Origin: Acidobacteriota bacterium
Lineage (GTDB): Bacteria > Acidobacteriota > UBA890 > WLXD01
Length of the DNA stretch: 64,000 nucleotides
Assembly (NCBI GenBank): GCA_965248695.1
Contig: CBDFKD010000002.1
Span: 3,552,001 to 3,616,000 of the forward strand
Direction: 5' to 3'
This document shows, piece after piece, positions 9,999 to 18,261 of this stretch (the first letter of the stretch is position 1; each line of letters starts with the position of its first letter). Made by a program: the position numbers and the translations under genes. Under the pieces are notes generated by a model. It was not told where the DNA came from, ran no database searches, and saw only the letters and a program-made list of their open reading frames with translations.

Positions 9999-10814
9999 CG
10001 GCGCTCGACAGACGAGGTACTGGCGCCGAAGTAGCCAGCCACTCCAGACGAGCCCCGCGAGCATGACGCCGTAGCCGAGCGTCGTCGCCAACCAGGCGAT
10101 GGTGTGGTCGAACCGCAGCAGCCCGGTCCACGACAGCAAGTTGTTCCAGTCGTGGTATCCGGGACGATCCTGTCCGATGACCCCACCGAGCAGCGGCTGC
10201 ACCTGCTCGCTGGCGTCGTAGATGTACGGGCCGAGCCCGACGAGCGCCTGTCCACCCCACCAGACGGTCACCGCTGCACCGAACGTGTCACGGCGCGACA
10301 GCAGCAGCGCCAGGCCGCAGATCCACGGCACGCTGAGCTCCAGTAGAGAGCCGCCGAGCACCTGCAGGAAACGACCGAACATGCCGAACAGCGCATGACC
10401 TGCCTCGTGAAAGATCAGGTTGGCACCCGACAACGCGCGGAAGACGAACGTCGGTGGATCGGCGTTCGGACCGATGGCCCCCACGGTGGCCATGTCGAAG
10501 TTGCCCAGTAGCCACCAGGTGGTCTTGGCAAGCAGCACCACCAGCAGGCCGCGGGCAACGACGCCGGCGAGATGCAGGTCCCCCGGGACCTCCATGAGGG
10601 TCTCGCACCAGCGGTGAAGAGCCCGGACGCCGGCAACGGTCCATGCTCCCGAATCGGAATCCGAGGCAGAGGATCGGCGCGCCGACCGGCGCCTGGACCG
10701 CCGGGATGATCCACCGGCGGCTCGACTACGTCGGGAGCTCTCGAGGCGCTGCGCCCAGTCGGGAATTGCGACGATCTGCGGCGCTGACGTGCTTTCCGGG
10801 TTCGATCCGCTCAT
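9969..10814 (-). CDS. Membrane protein with HEXXH (M50-like metallopeptidase candidate); start uncertain
   Basis: NLIFHEAGH..F..FG, several TM segments, HDWNNLL. Confidence 0.65.
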   Translation of the reverse strand: MSGSNPESTSAPQIVAIPDWAQRLESSRRSRAAGGSSRRSRRRSARRSSASDSDSGAWTVAGVRALHRWCETLMEVPGDLHLAGVVARGLLVVLLAKTTWWLLGNFDMATVGAIGPNADPPTFVFRALSGANLIFHEAGHALFGMFGRFLQVLGGSLLELSVPWICGLALLLSRRDTFGAAVTVWWGGQALVGLGPYIYDASEQVQPLLGGVIGQDRPGYHDWNNLLSWTGLLRFDHTIAWLATTLGYGVMLAGLVWSGWLLRRQYLVCRAPSVDGLGALD

Positions 10815-10871
10815 GCCACGGATTCTAGGAGGGCATCGGGCGCAGATCCTAGACGTTTCTTGGTGCAGCTC

Positions 10872-10900
10872 TTGATTGACTAAGTCGACTTAGCTAAGCT
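10872..10900 (+). promoter_or_regulatory. Putative vapBC promoter with palindromic operator
   Basis: TTGATT-17nt-TAAGCT; perfect palindrome CTAAGTCGACTTAG (10880-10893) overlapping CTTAGCTAAG (10889-10898). Confidence 0.55.
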
Positions 10901-11013
10901 ACGCAACGGATTCACGCCCCTTTCGGGAGTCCGGGGCACTCTGCAGCCAGGGTGGCCCGGGCTCCACGCGTTGGACCCTGCCCCCGGCGCGACGCAGACG
11001 CGGGAGACCAGCG

Positions 11014-11244
11014 ATGCGGATCGTCAATATCCACGAGGCCAAGACCCACCTGTCGAAGGTGCTGGAACGGGTGGTCGCCGGCGAAGACATCATCATCGCC
11101 AAGAACGGCCAGCCGATCGCTCGCCTGGTACCGATCGGGGCGCGGCCGCGCCGGCCCGGCCGGCTGCAGGACAAGATCCACATCGGGCTGGATTTCGACG
11201 ATCCGCTACCGGAACCGGTCGGGAAATCGCTGCGCGGGGACTGA
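11014..11244 (+). CDS. Phd/YefM-family antitoxin
   Basis: VNIHEAKTHLSK....V.AGEDIIIAKNGQPIARLVP. Confidence 0.92.
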   Translation: MRIVNIHEAKTHLSKVLERVVAGEDIIIAKNGQPIARLVPIGARPRRPGRLQDKIHIGLDFDDPLPEPVGKSLRGD

Positions 11245-11247
11245 TCG

Positions 11248-11625
11248 TTGAGGTTGTTGCTCGACAGCCGCGCCTACCTGTGGTGGCTCATGGACGATCA
11301 CTCGCTGCCGCCGGCGGCGCGACAAGCGATCTCGGAACCACAGTCGGTCGTATTCGTAAGCGCCGCCACGATCTGGGAGCTGGGGATCAAGCAGCAGCTC
11401 GGTCGCCTGCGCGTGGAGGACGCCGACCTGGAGGCGGAGATCGTCGAGAACGACTTCCTGGAGCTACCGATGGAGGCGCGGCACGCGCAGCGGGCGGCGG
11501 CGCTGCCGCCGCACCATCCCGACCCGTTCGATCGTATGTTGATCGCCCAAACCCAGGCGGAGGGACTCGTCTGCGTCACCGGCGACGAGGAGTTCGCCGA
11601 GTACGGCATCGCCACCCTCTGGTGA
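11248..11625 (+). CDS. vapC: PIN-domain (VapC) toxin
   Basis: LLLD, VSAATIWE, H.DPFDRMLIAQ, VT.D; directly follows the antitoxin. Confidence 0.9.
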   Translation: MRLLLDSRAYLWWLMDDHSLPPAARQAISEPQSVVFVSAATIWELGIKQQLGRLRVEDADLEAEIVENDFLELPMEARHAQRAAALPPHHPDPFDRMLIAQTQAEGLVCVTGDEEFAEYGIATLW

Positions 11626-11641
11626 CCTCACGACTCGAATC

Positions 11642-14600
11642 TCAGAAGAGCGTCCCCTGCCCGCGTGCATGATCGGCGGCGGCGTCCCGGCTCGGACCGG
11701 TGACGTTGTCGCCCAAGTTTGGGCCGACGAGGTCGTCGACGAGCACGTTCGGACCGGTGAAATGCAACCGTACCCGTGCCGACCCGGCAACCGCGGCCGC
11801 CTGTCGATAGACCTGCGCCTGGGTCCGATACCCACCGGCTATCGCGGCCACCTCGTCGGCACCGATCTCGTGGGTCTTGAAGTCGACCACCCAGGTATCC
11901 GGGGCGCCGGGACGATACAGATCGAAGGCGCCAATACGCCAGTCGCGCGCCGCCACCAGGTGGAAGAACGTGAGCTCGCGGTAATGCTCGTCCTCGACAT
12001 ACCACTTCCATTCCTCCGACTGAACGATGCGCCGGATCTCGGCTTCAAGCGCGGCACGGTAGCGCGAGTGGGCGCTCATGAAGCGCTCCAGCTCGGGGTC
12101 GTCGAGGCCGCCGATGGTCTCGTCGAGAATAGCGGCCAGCTCGTCTTCCCGCTGGATGCGCTCGAGCACGCCGTGGATCAGCGTGCCGCGTACGGTCGGC
12201 CGGAGCTCACCGGTGTCACACCCGTCGAGCGGGCGGGCAAACTCGGCCGCTGCCTGCACCCCGTGGCGATACGAACGCTTCCATTCGTTCTCATCTCGCT
12301 CACGGGTCATGAGCTCGGTCGCCGAGTGCACGAACCTGAGCGGCGGGGCAACGATGGGCTCCAGCAGCCGGCTCTGACCCTCCACGCGGAGGTTGTCGAG
12401 CCAGTCGAGATCCACCGGCAACTCCTGGTCCCCTGGCGTCTCGGCGGCCTGCGCCTCGCGAACGAGCAACGGATTGCGGTCCACCCCGGCCTGCAGCCAG
12501 GCGCCGTAGCTGTTGTCGTCGCGGGCGCCAACGACCAGCAATCGATCGCGCGCTCGCGTCGTGGCCACGTAGAGCAATCGCGCCTCCTCGGCTCGATCCT
12601 CCAGCCGCTCGCGCTCGTGCAGGCGCTGGGCGCGAGCACCGCGCTCGGCCTTCGCCGGATTGAGCACCGGCCCGAGCTCACGGTCACTCCAGAACCGCCC
12701 GCCCGGATCCTGGCCGAGCTTGCGCCCGACGCCGACGAGGAAGACCACAGGCCACTCGAGCCCCTTGGCGCGGTGGATGGTGGTCAGGGTGACGACGTCG
12801 TCCTGATGGCTGTACAGCGGCGCCTGCGGCAGCCCGTTGTCCTGTTCGTCCCAGCGGTCCCAGACGTCGAGGAACGTGCCGATATCGAGGTCGCGGTGGG
12901 CTTCGCTGAACTGAATGAAGCTCTGAATGTTGGCGAGCTGTTCCTCGCGGCGCTGGCGTAGATGCAAGTGCAATCGGTAGCCGGTGTCGTCGAGCAGACC
13001 CGATAGCACCTCGTCGAGCGGCGCGCGATGCACCAGGGCGCGGGCGTGGTGCAGGGCGCGCAGGCCCCGTTCGAGAGCCAGACGCTCGATGGCGCTGATG
13101 CGAGCATCGTCGGGCGCCTCGTACCACTCGCCCTCGCGTAGGTAATGCTCGCACTGGTGCAGCAGGCCCTGGCCCGGCGTGGTGAGCCGAATGTGGGCAA
13201 TGACCTCGTCGCGCAGGCAAACGAACGGCGAGCGCAAGAACCCGAAGAGACGCAGATCGTCGTGTGGGTTACGAGTCAACCGCAGGGCGTTCAGCAGGTC
13301 GAGAATCTCCTGCCGATCGCCGAGATGCGGCGCTCCGGCAATGGTGTAGGGAACGCCGCGACGCCCCAACGCTGCCTCGAAATGCTCCAGCGCGGCGCGA
13401 CTGCGATACAGCACCGCGATATCCCGGTAGGCGATGGGCCGTCCGCTTCCCGGGTCATCGCCCGCCACTTCCTCGATCCCGACCATCTCCTCGATGCGCC
13501 CGGCAACCTGAGCCGCCTCGACCGCCGGATCGTTCTTGCCCCGGCCGCCCGTCTTCTCGGCAACCAACCACTCGAGGCGCGCGGTAGGAGTATCCGGGCG
13601 CGCCGCCACCAGCTGGCTGTAGCCGATGACGCTTTCGGGACTCTCGTGCGCCAGAGCAGCACCGACGTCCGCCATCGCGGCAGCCGTCGCGTCGTTCACC
13701 AGACCGATGATGGACGGCACGCAGCGGAAGTTCTCCGACAGCTGCATCACCTGCCCCTCGCAGCGCACCACCTCCTGTACCTGATTCCATACCGAGACAT
13801 CGGCGCCGCGGAACCGGTAGATGCTCTGCTTGGGGTCACCGACCAGAAACAATTGGGGTCGCGGTACTGCCGGCCCGCGGTCCAGGCCGGCGATGGCGAA
13901 GGCGATATCGCGCTGCGCGAAGTCGGTGTCCTGGAACTCGTCGATGATGAGGATGCGGTAACGCCGTCGGATGCTGGCAAGTGCCGCCCCTCCGGCGTCG
14001 CCGGTCAGCAGCGTACGCGCATCAAGGATCAGCGAGTCGAAGTCGCGCGCGTTGTCGCGCGCCAGGTGCGCCTCCCAGCGCTCCAGCGCCACCATCGCCA
14101 GGTGCAACAGGGCGTCGCAGTGTGACAACACCACCTCGTCCTGCCCGTCGTCCCAGGTACCGGCGAGGTCGCGCAACAGCTTCCGATCAAGCTGGCCATC
14201 ACGCCGCCACGTCGCATACCGGTCGCGATGCCAGCGCAGATCGGTCATCAGCGTACGCACGTGATCGATGGCCCCGCTGGTGTGCTGCCAGCCGCTGAGC
14301 TTGTGGCTGCGCAACAGGTCGGCGGTGCCGGAATCCTCGGCCTCGAGCGCCTCGTAGATCACACCGCGGATGATGTCGTCCTGGGCCGCCCAGGCCTCGC
14401 GCGAGTCGAGCACACCGAACGTCGGATCGATGCCGAGACGCAACGCATGATCGCGCAGCAGCTCGGCGCAAAACGAGTGGATGGTGCCAATGGAGGCACG
14501 ATCGATCTGCCAGCGCAGCTCCTCGGCACGCGGCGATGCCTCGATCACCTGGCGCAGCTTGCGTTTGAGGTCGTAGGCGGCCTTGTCGGTGAAGGTGATG

Positions 14601-14806
14601 GCGGCAACCTCGCGCAGCTCACAGGGATCGGCGCAAGGCGGCAGCAGGTTGCTTTCCCGATCCGGTGGCAAATCCAAGCCGAGCAGCCACTGGATCTTGC
14701 CGATCACCGTGGCGGTCTTGCCGGTACCGGCGTTGGCCTCAAGCATCGTGCTGCCGGTGGCGGTGATGGCGCTCGCCTGTTGCGAGGTCCAGCGCAGCTC
14801 AGACAT
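11642..14806 (-). CDS. addA: AddA-like UvrD helicase with C-terminal RecB-type nuclease
   Basis: Walker A ANAGTGKT, AITFT.KAA, IDEFQD, VGDPKQSIYRFRGA, TIHRAKGLEW, LLYVATTRA, G.FDL...VDFKT...Q..Y; start overlaps upstream gene stop. Confidence 0.88.
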   Translation of the reverse strand: MSELRWTSQQASAITATGSTMLEANAGTGKTATVIGKIQWLLGLDLPPDRESNLLPPCADPCELREVAAITFTDKAAYDLKRKLRQVIEASPRAEELRWQIDRASIGTIHSFCAELLRDHALRLGIDPTFGVLDSREAWAAQDDIIRGVIYEALEAEDSGTADLLRSHKLSGWQHTSGAIDHVRTLMTDLRWHRDRYATWRRDGQLDRKLLRDLAGTWDDGQDEVVLSHCDALLHLAMVALERWEAHLARDNARDFDSLILDARTLLTGDAGGAALASIRRRYRILIIDEFQDTDFAQRDIAFAIAGLDRGPAVPRPQLFLVGDPKQSIYRFRGADVSVWNQVQEVVRCEGQVMQLSENFRCVPSIIGLVNDATAAAMADVGAALAHESPESVIGYSQLVAARPDTPTARLEWLVAEKTGGRGKNDPAVEAAQVAGRIEEMVGIEEVAGDDPGSGRPIAYRDIAVLYRSRAALEHFEAALGRRGVPYTIAGAPHLGDRQEILDLLNALRLTRNPHDDLRLFGFLRSPFVCLRDEVIAHIRLTTPGQGLLHQCEHYLREGEWYEAPDDARISAIERLALERGLRALHHARALVHRAPLDEVLSGLLDDTGYRLHLHLRQRREEQLANIQSFIQFSEAHRDLDIGTFLDVWDRWDEQDNGLPQAPLYSHQDDVVTLTTIHRAKGLEWPVVFLVGVGRKLGQDPGGRFWSDRELGPVLNPAKAERGARAQRLHERERLEDRAEEARLLYVATTRARDRLLVVGARDDNSYGAWLQAGVDRNPLLVREAQAAETPGDQELPVDLDWLDNLRVEGQSRLLEPIVAPPLRFVHSATELMTRERDENEWKRSYRHGVQAAAEFARPLDGCDTGELRPTVRGTLIHGVLERIQREDELAAILDETIGGLDDPELERFMSAHSRYRAALEAEIRRIVQSEEWKWYVEDEHYRELTFFHLVAARDWRIGAFDLYRPGAPDTWVVDFKTHEIGADEVAAIAGGYRTQAQVYRQAAAVAGSARVRLHFTGPNVLVDDLVGPNLGDNVTGPSRDAAADHARGQGTLF

Positions 14807-17800
14807 CGAACCGGTTCCCCTCGGGCAGTCGGGCGGCGCTTCGAGCGACACCGCGATCGGGCTCGTACGCCGGCCACTCGCCCGCCCGGTGCGAGCGCAC
14901 CGGTTCGAACTTGCCGGCCCGGATACGACCCGGGATGCTGAGCGCGAATCGTAGCGCCGCCTCGTACTTGGCCTCGGTGCGACGGATCTTGCCGGCGTAC
15001 TGGGTGTACTTGCCGCCCCGTTTCTTTAGCGATCGATAGAACCCGATACCCACCCGATGGCCGGCGTTTTCCAGTGCCTGCATGTACAGTGGCGCCTGCA
15101 ACGCGGTGCCGTCGACATAGTCGTTGGCGGAGGGCGTCTTGCCGCTCTTGTAGTCGAGAACATTCGATATCGCCGACCCGTCGGGGCCAGGCGCGACGCC
15201 GTCCGTCAGGTCGACGCGATCGACACGGCCGCGAAGCCTCAACCAGGCGGCCTGACCGTCGGCGTCCTCGCCTTCGATGAGCACGCCTCCATCACCGCCG
15301 AAGTCATGCTCGATGAGGAACGGACGCTCGCCCTTATCGGCCATGTGCACGAGCTCCCAGGCGAGATACTGGCGCACACGTACGAGGATGGCGTCGCACT
15401 CTTGCTGCCACAGCAACGGCGCGCCGCTCCACTCGTCGCTGATCTCCCGATCGACAATGACCTCGGCAGCGGCCTCGGTGAACGCCGCTTCGGCGCGACG
15501 GTCGAAGTCACGCGGCACATCGTCTCTTAGCAGGCTGTAGAAGCGCTCGAGCAAATCGTGCGCCACGGCCCCGAACACCAATGGCGTGGTTTCCTCGTCG
15601 GCTTCCACCACCTCGTCGAGGCGCAGCACGCGCTTCACCAGGAACACGAACGGGTTGTTCGAGTAGTTCTGCAGGCCGCTGGCCGACCAGACCGTATCGG
15701 CGTCGAAGCGTGACGCCAGCATCCCGAGGACACGTGGATCGCGCAGCTCGCCGTTCCACGGATTCGGTCGATATGCCGGGTGCCCGATGTGCAGCGGCTG
15801 ATGGCCGGTGTCGCGATGCGACTCGGCGATCGCTACCAGCACCGCGTGCCGCACCAGATCTTCCGACGCCGGGGCGACCGACCGTTCGGCGCGGCTCTCG
15901 AAGAGCCGGTGCACGGCGAGACGATCCGCCTGCGCCACCGTCACCGGATCGTCCCAGGGGTCGCGCGTGCGCGGCAGCTCCGACCCGGGATCGTGCGGCG
16001 GCACCATCAGCGACGGCATGAGCGGGGTGCCCGACGGGTCGGCGGTGCGATAGCTGATACGAACGTCGCCGGTGCCGGTAACCGTCCGCCACAGCGCGCG
16101 CTCACGCCGCAGCGCCTGCTCGCGATGCACCAGCGGTAGCCCCTGGTCGCACAACCGCAGGCGTTCCTCATTCGACAGCACGCCGGCGACGGAAATGCGT
16201 CGCGGAAACGCGCCGTCGTTGGCGTGCATGACGAACACGTGTCGGAACGGCGTCAACGCTGCGTCGTGCGCCTCGAGCACCTGCACCCCCTTGTGCATCG
16301 GCGTCGTGATGCTCAGCTCGTTGGCCTCCAGCAGTCGTCGCAGTAACCCGTACCAGTCGGCGGGGCTGAGCGCCGCGTCGGGGTGATCGAGATCGGCCCA
16401 CTCCTGCAGCAGGCTCTCGGTCTGAACCAGGCCGCGTTGGTCGAGGCGAACCACGTCCCAGCGCCCCGCTACCGGCTCGCACAAACGGCGACGCAGCCCG
16501 AACAGGCCCTGGCGCAGCAGGTCGAGCGTCAGTTCGATCCACTCCCGCTCGCTTCGTGGCGCACCGAGCGGGTCGAGCGTGGCGCGTAGCGTGGCGAAAC
16601 GCTCCGCATTGCGCCGCATTCGATCTCTGGCCAGCCCGCTGCCCCATGTGGACCGATCGCCTCGGTCCACCTTGTCGGCAAGCTCGGCCAGCCGACGCTG
16701 CCATGCATCGAGGCCGACCAAACGCCGCTGCGTGGCGATGACGTCGATCGGACGCAGATCGATCTCGGTCTCGTAGTAGGCGCTGTCGAGGACGGCGCGC
16801 AGCGAACCATAGTCCCACCCTGAGGCCGCCCCTCGGAACGCTGACAGCAGGGCCTTTAGCGCGCCGATCTCGGTGAGCCGGGACCGGATCACGGCGGTAC
16901 AGGGAACTCCGGCGCTGCGCAGCGCGCGGTATGCCCGCCCGGTATCCTCGTAGCCGCTGCGAGCGACGACCGCCACCTGGTGGGGGCTGACAACGCCATC
17001 CACCAGCAACCGCTTCACCTCGCGCGCCATCCAGGCGACCTCGCGCTGCGTGTCAGGCACGGGCTGTACCAGCACCGCGCCGGTCTCGGTGCCGGCGATG
17101 TCCTCGACCTCGGCACTCAGCTCGCCAAGCTCCTCGGGCTCGGATTCGCCGAGGACGAACAGGTGGACGTCGACCTCCAGCTGAGCCGCCAGCGCGGTGA
17201 GCAGCCGGCGGCGCGATCGCGTCATATAGAGCCCGTACACCAGCAGTTGCGGCGCACCGCCGAGGGCCGACGTGAGTCCGCCCGCATCGATGCGGTCGGC
17301 GATCAACCCCCAGCTCGAGCGCATGTCGAACAGCTCGCGCTGCCGCAATTCGGCCAGGTAGGTGGAGTACGAGCCCACGATCCACTCGTTGCGTCGTCGC
17401 GCAAACGCATCGTCGCCAACGCAGGTCAGCGCCTCCTCGAGACGCGTCGGATCCACCCCCTCCGGAAGCAACTCGCCGAACAGCGCATCGAGCAGATGAC
17501 CGCGAGCAACTCCGTCGGTATGGCTGGGATCCTCCAGACCGGCGTGCCGCCCGACCCGTCTGGCCACCCGGCTGATCAACCGTCGTCGCGTCAGCAGCCC
17601 GACGGCCTTACCCTCGATCTCGAAGCAGCGATGCAGGTCGCGAAAGTCGGTGATCGGCGGCCCCAGCCAGCCCGCCACACCGCGCACCGCTGCTCGCTCC
17701 AGCAGCAGATCACGTTGGTTGCGGTGCGCGACCCAGAGGTGCGCCTCGAACCCGGACGGGCCGGCGTTGTCGCCGATCGCGTCGAGAAAGCGGTCCGCGC

Positions 17801-17852
17801 AGGTGTCCCACAGGGTCGCGGTGTCAGGCGCACGAATCAGCTTCAGCGGCAC
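14799..17852 (-). CDS. addB: AddB-like inactive helicase with PD-(D/E)XK nuclease
   Basis: SASGL..Y..NPF, G...H.LLE, LRGRVDRVD, LDYKSG, LQAPLY; coupled to addA. Confidence 0.82.
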   Translation of the reverse strand: MPLKLIRAPDTATLWDTCADRFLDAIGDNAGPSGFEAHLWVAHRNQRDLLLERAAVRGVAGWLGPPITDFRDLHRCFEIEGKAVGLLTRRRLISRVARRVGRHAGLEDPSHTDGVARGHLLDALFGELLPEGVDPTRLEEALTCVGDDAFARRRNEWIVGSYSTYLAELRQRELFDMRSSWGLIADRIDAGGLTSALGGAPQLLVYGLYMTRSRRRLLTALAAQLEVDVHLFVLGESEPEELGELSAEVEDIAGTETGAVLVQPVPDTQREVAWMAREVKRLLVDGVVSPHQVAVVARSGYEDTGRAYRALRSAGVPCTAVIRSRLTEIGALKALLSAFRGAASGWDYGSLRAVLDSAYYETEIDLRPIDVIATQRRLVGLDAWQRRLAELADKVDRGDRSTWGSGLARDRMRRNAERFATLRATLDPLGAPRSEREWIELTLDLLRQGLFGLRRRLCEPVAGRWDVVRLDQRGLVQTESLLQEWADLDHPDAALSPADWYGLLRRLLEANELSITTPMHKGVQVLEAHDAALTPFRHVFVMHANDGAFPRRISVAGVLSNEERLRLCDQGLPLVHREQALRRERALWRTVTGTGDVRISYRTADPSGTPLMPSLMVPPHDPGSELPRTRDPWDDPVTVAQADRLAVHRLFESRAERSVAPASEDLVRHAVLVAIAESHRDTGHQPLHIGHPAYRPNPWNGELRDPRVLGMLASRFDADTVWSASGLQNYSNNPFVFLVKRVLRLDEVVEADEETTPLVFGAVAHDLLERFYSLLRDDVPRDFDRRAEAAFTEAAAEVIVDREISDEWSGAPLLWQQECDAILVRVRQYLAWELVHMADKGERPFLIEHDFGGDGGVLIEGEDADGQAAWLRLRGRVDRVDLTDGVAPGPDGSAISNVLDYKSGKTPSANDYVDGTALQAPLYMQALENAGHRVGIGFYRSLKKRGGKYTQYAGKIRRTEAKYEAALRFALSIPGRIRAGKFEPVRSHRAGEWPAYEPDRGVARSAARLPEGNRFDV

Positions 17853-17907
17853 GGGAAACGAGCTCGTTGAGGGCCATCTCCCTCATTGAAGGAGTGACGT
17901 TCTGAAT

Positions 17908-17921
17908 GTACACTTGTACAC
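17908..17921. promoter_or_regulatory. Near-palindromic operator candidate upstream of brnT remnant/brnA
   Basis: TGTACA-CT-TGTACA in an AT-rich gap. Confidence 0.4.
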
Positions 17922-17941
17922 GACATCTCGCCGGCGGCTTC

Positions 17942-18004
17942 CGGATCATCTCGGCCCGAAAGGCTACATCGCGGGAGCGAGCAGACTACGAATGGACAAG
18001 ATGA
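17942..18004 (+). pseudogene. brnT: BrnT toxin C-terminal remnant
   Basis: Reads RIISARKATSRERADYEWTR*, with stop overlapping brnA ATG (ATGA); N-terminal part absent. Confidence 0.8.
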
Positions 18005-18261
18005 AAGATGAGTATGACTTCAGCAAGGGTCGTCGCGGCGCCGTACTGCCGACTCCGCCGGGGAAAACCCGCATCACGATAAGGATCGACGACGACATTC
18101 TCGAGTGGTTCCGAGAGACCGCAGGCGAGGCTGGTGGCGGAACCTACCAGACGATGGTCAACGCGGCGCTGCGCGACTTCATCTCGAGGCAGCCCGAATC
18201 GCTCGAGGATACTCTGCGGCGCGTCGTGCGCGACGAGCTCGAGCGCGCCGCGAAAGGCTAG
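18001..18261 (+). CDS. brnA: BrnA-family antitoxin
   Basis: MKDEYDFSKG.RG, KTRITIRIDDDILEWFR, YQTMVNAALR. Confidence 0.88.
   Translation: MKDEYDFSKGRRGAVLPTPPGKTRITIRIDDDILEWFRETAGEAGGGTYQTMVNAALRDFISRQPESLEDTLRRVVRDELERAAKG

Noticed and set aside
11669-12961. Long antisense ORFs (also 5343-6428, 18954-20135, 27811-28752, 59425-60354)
   Set aside because: Shadow frames of high-GC genes with no motifs.
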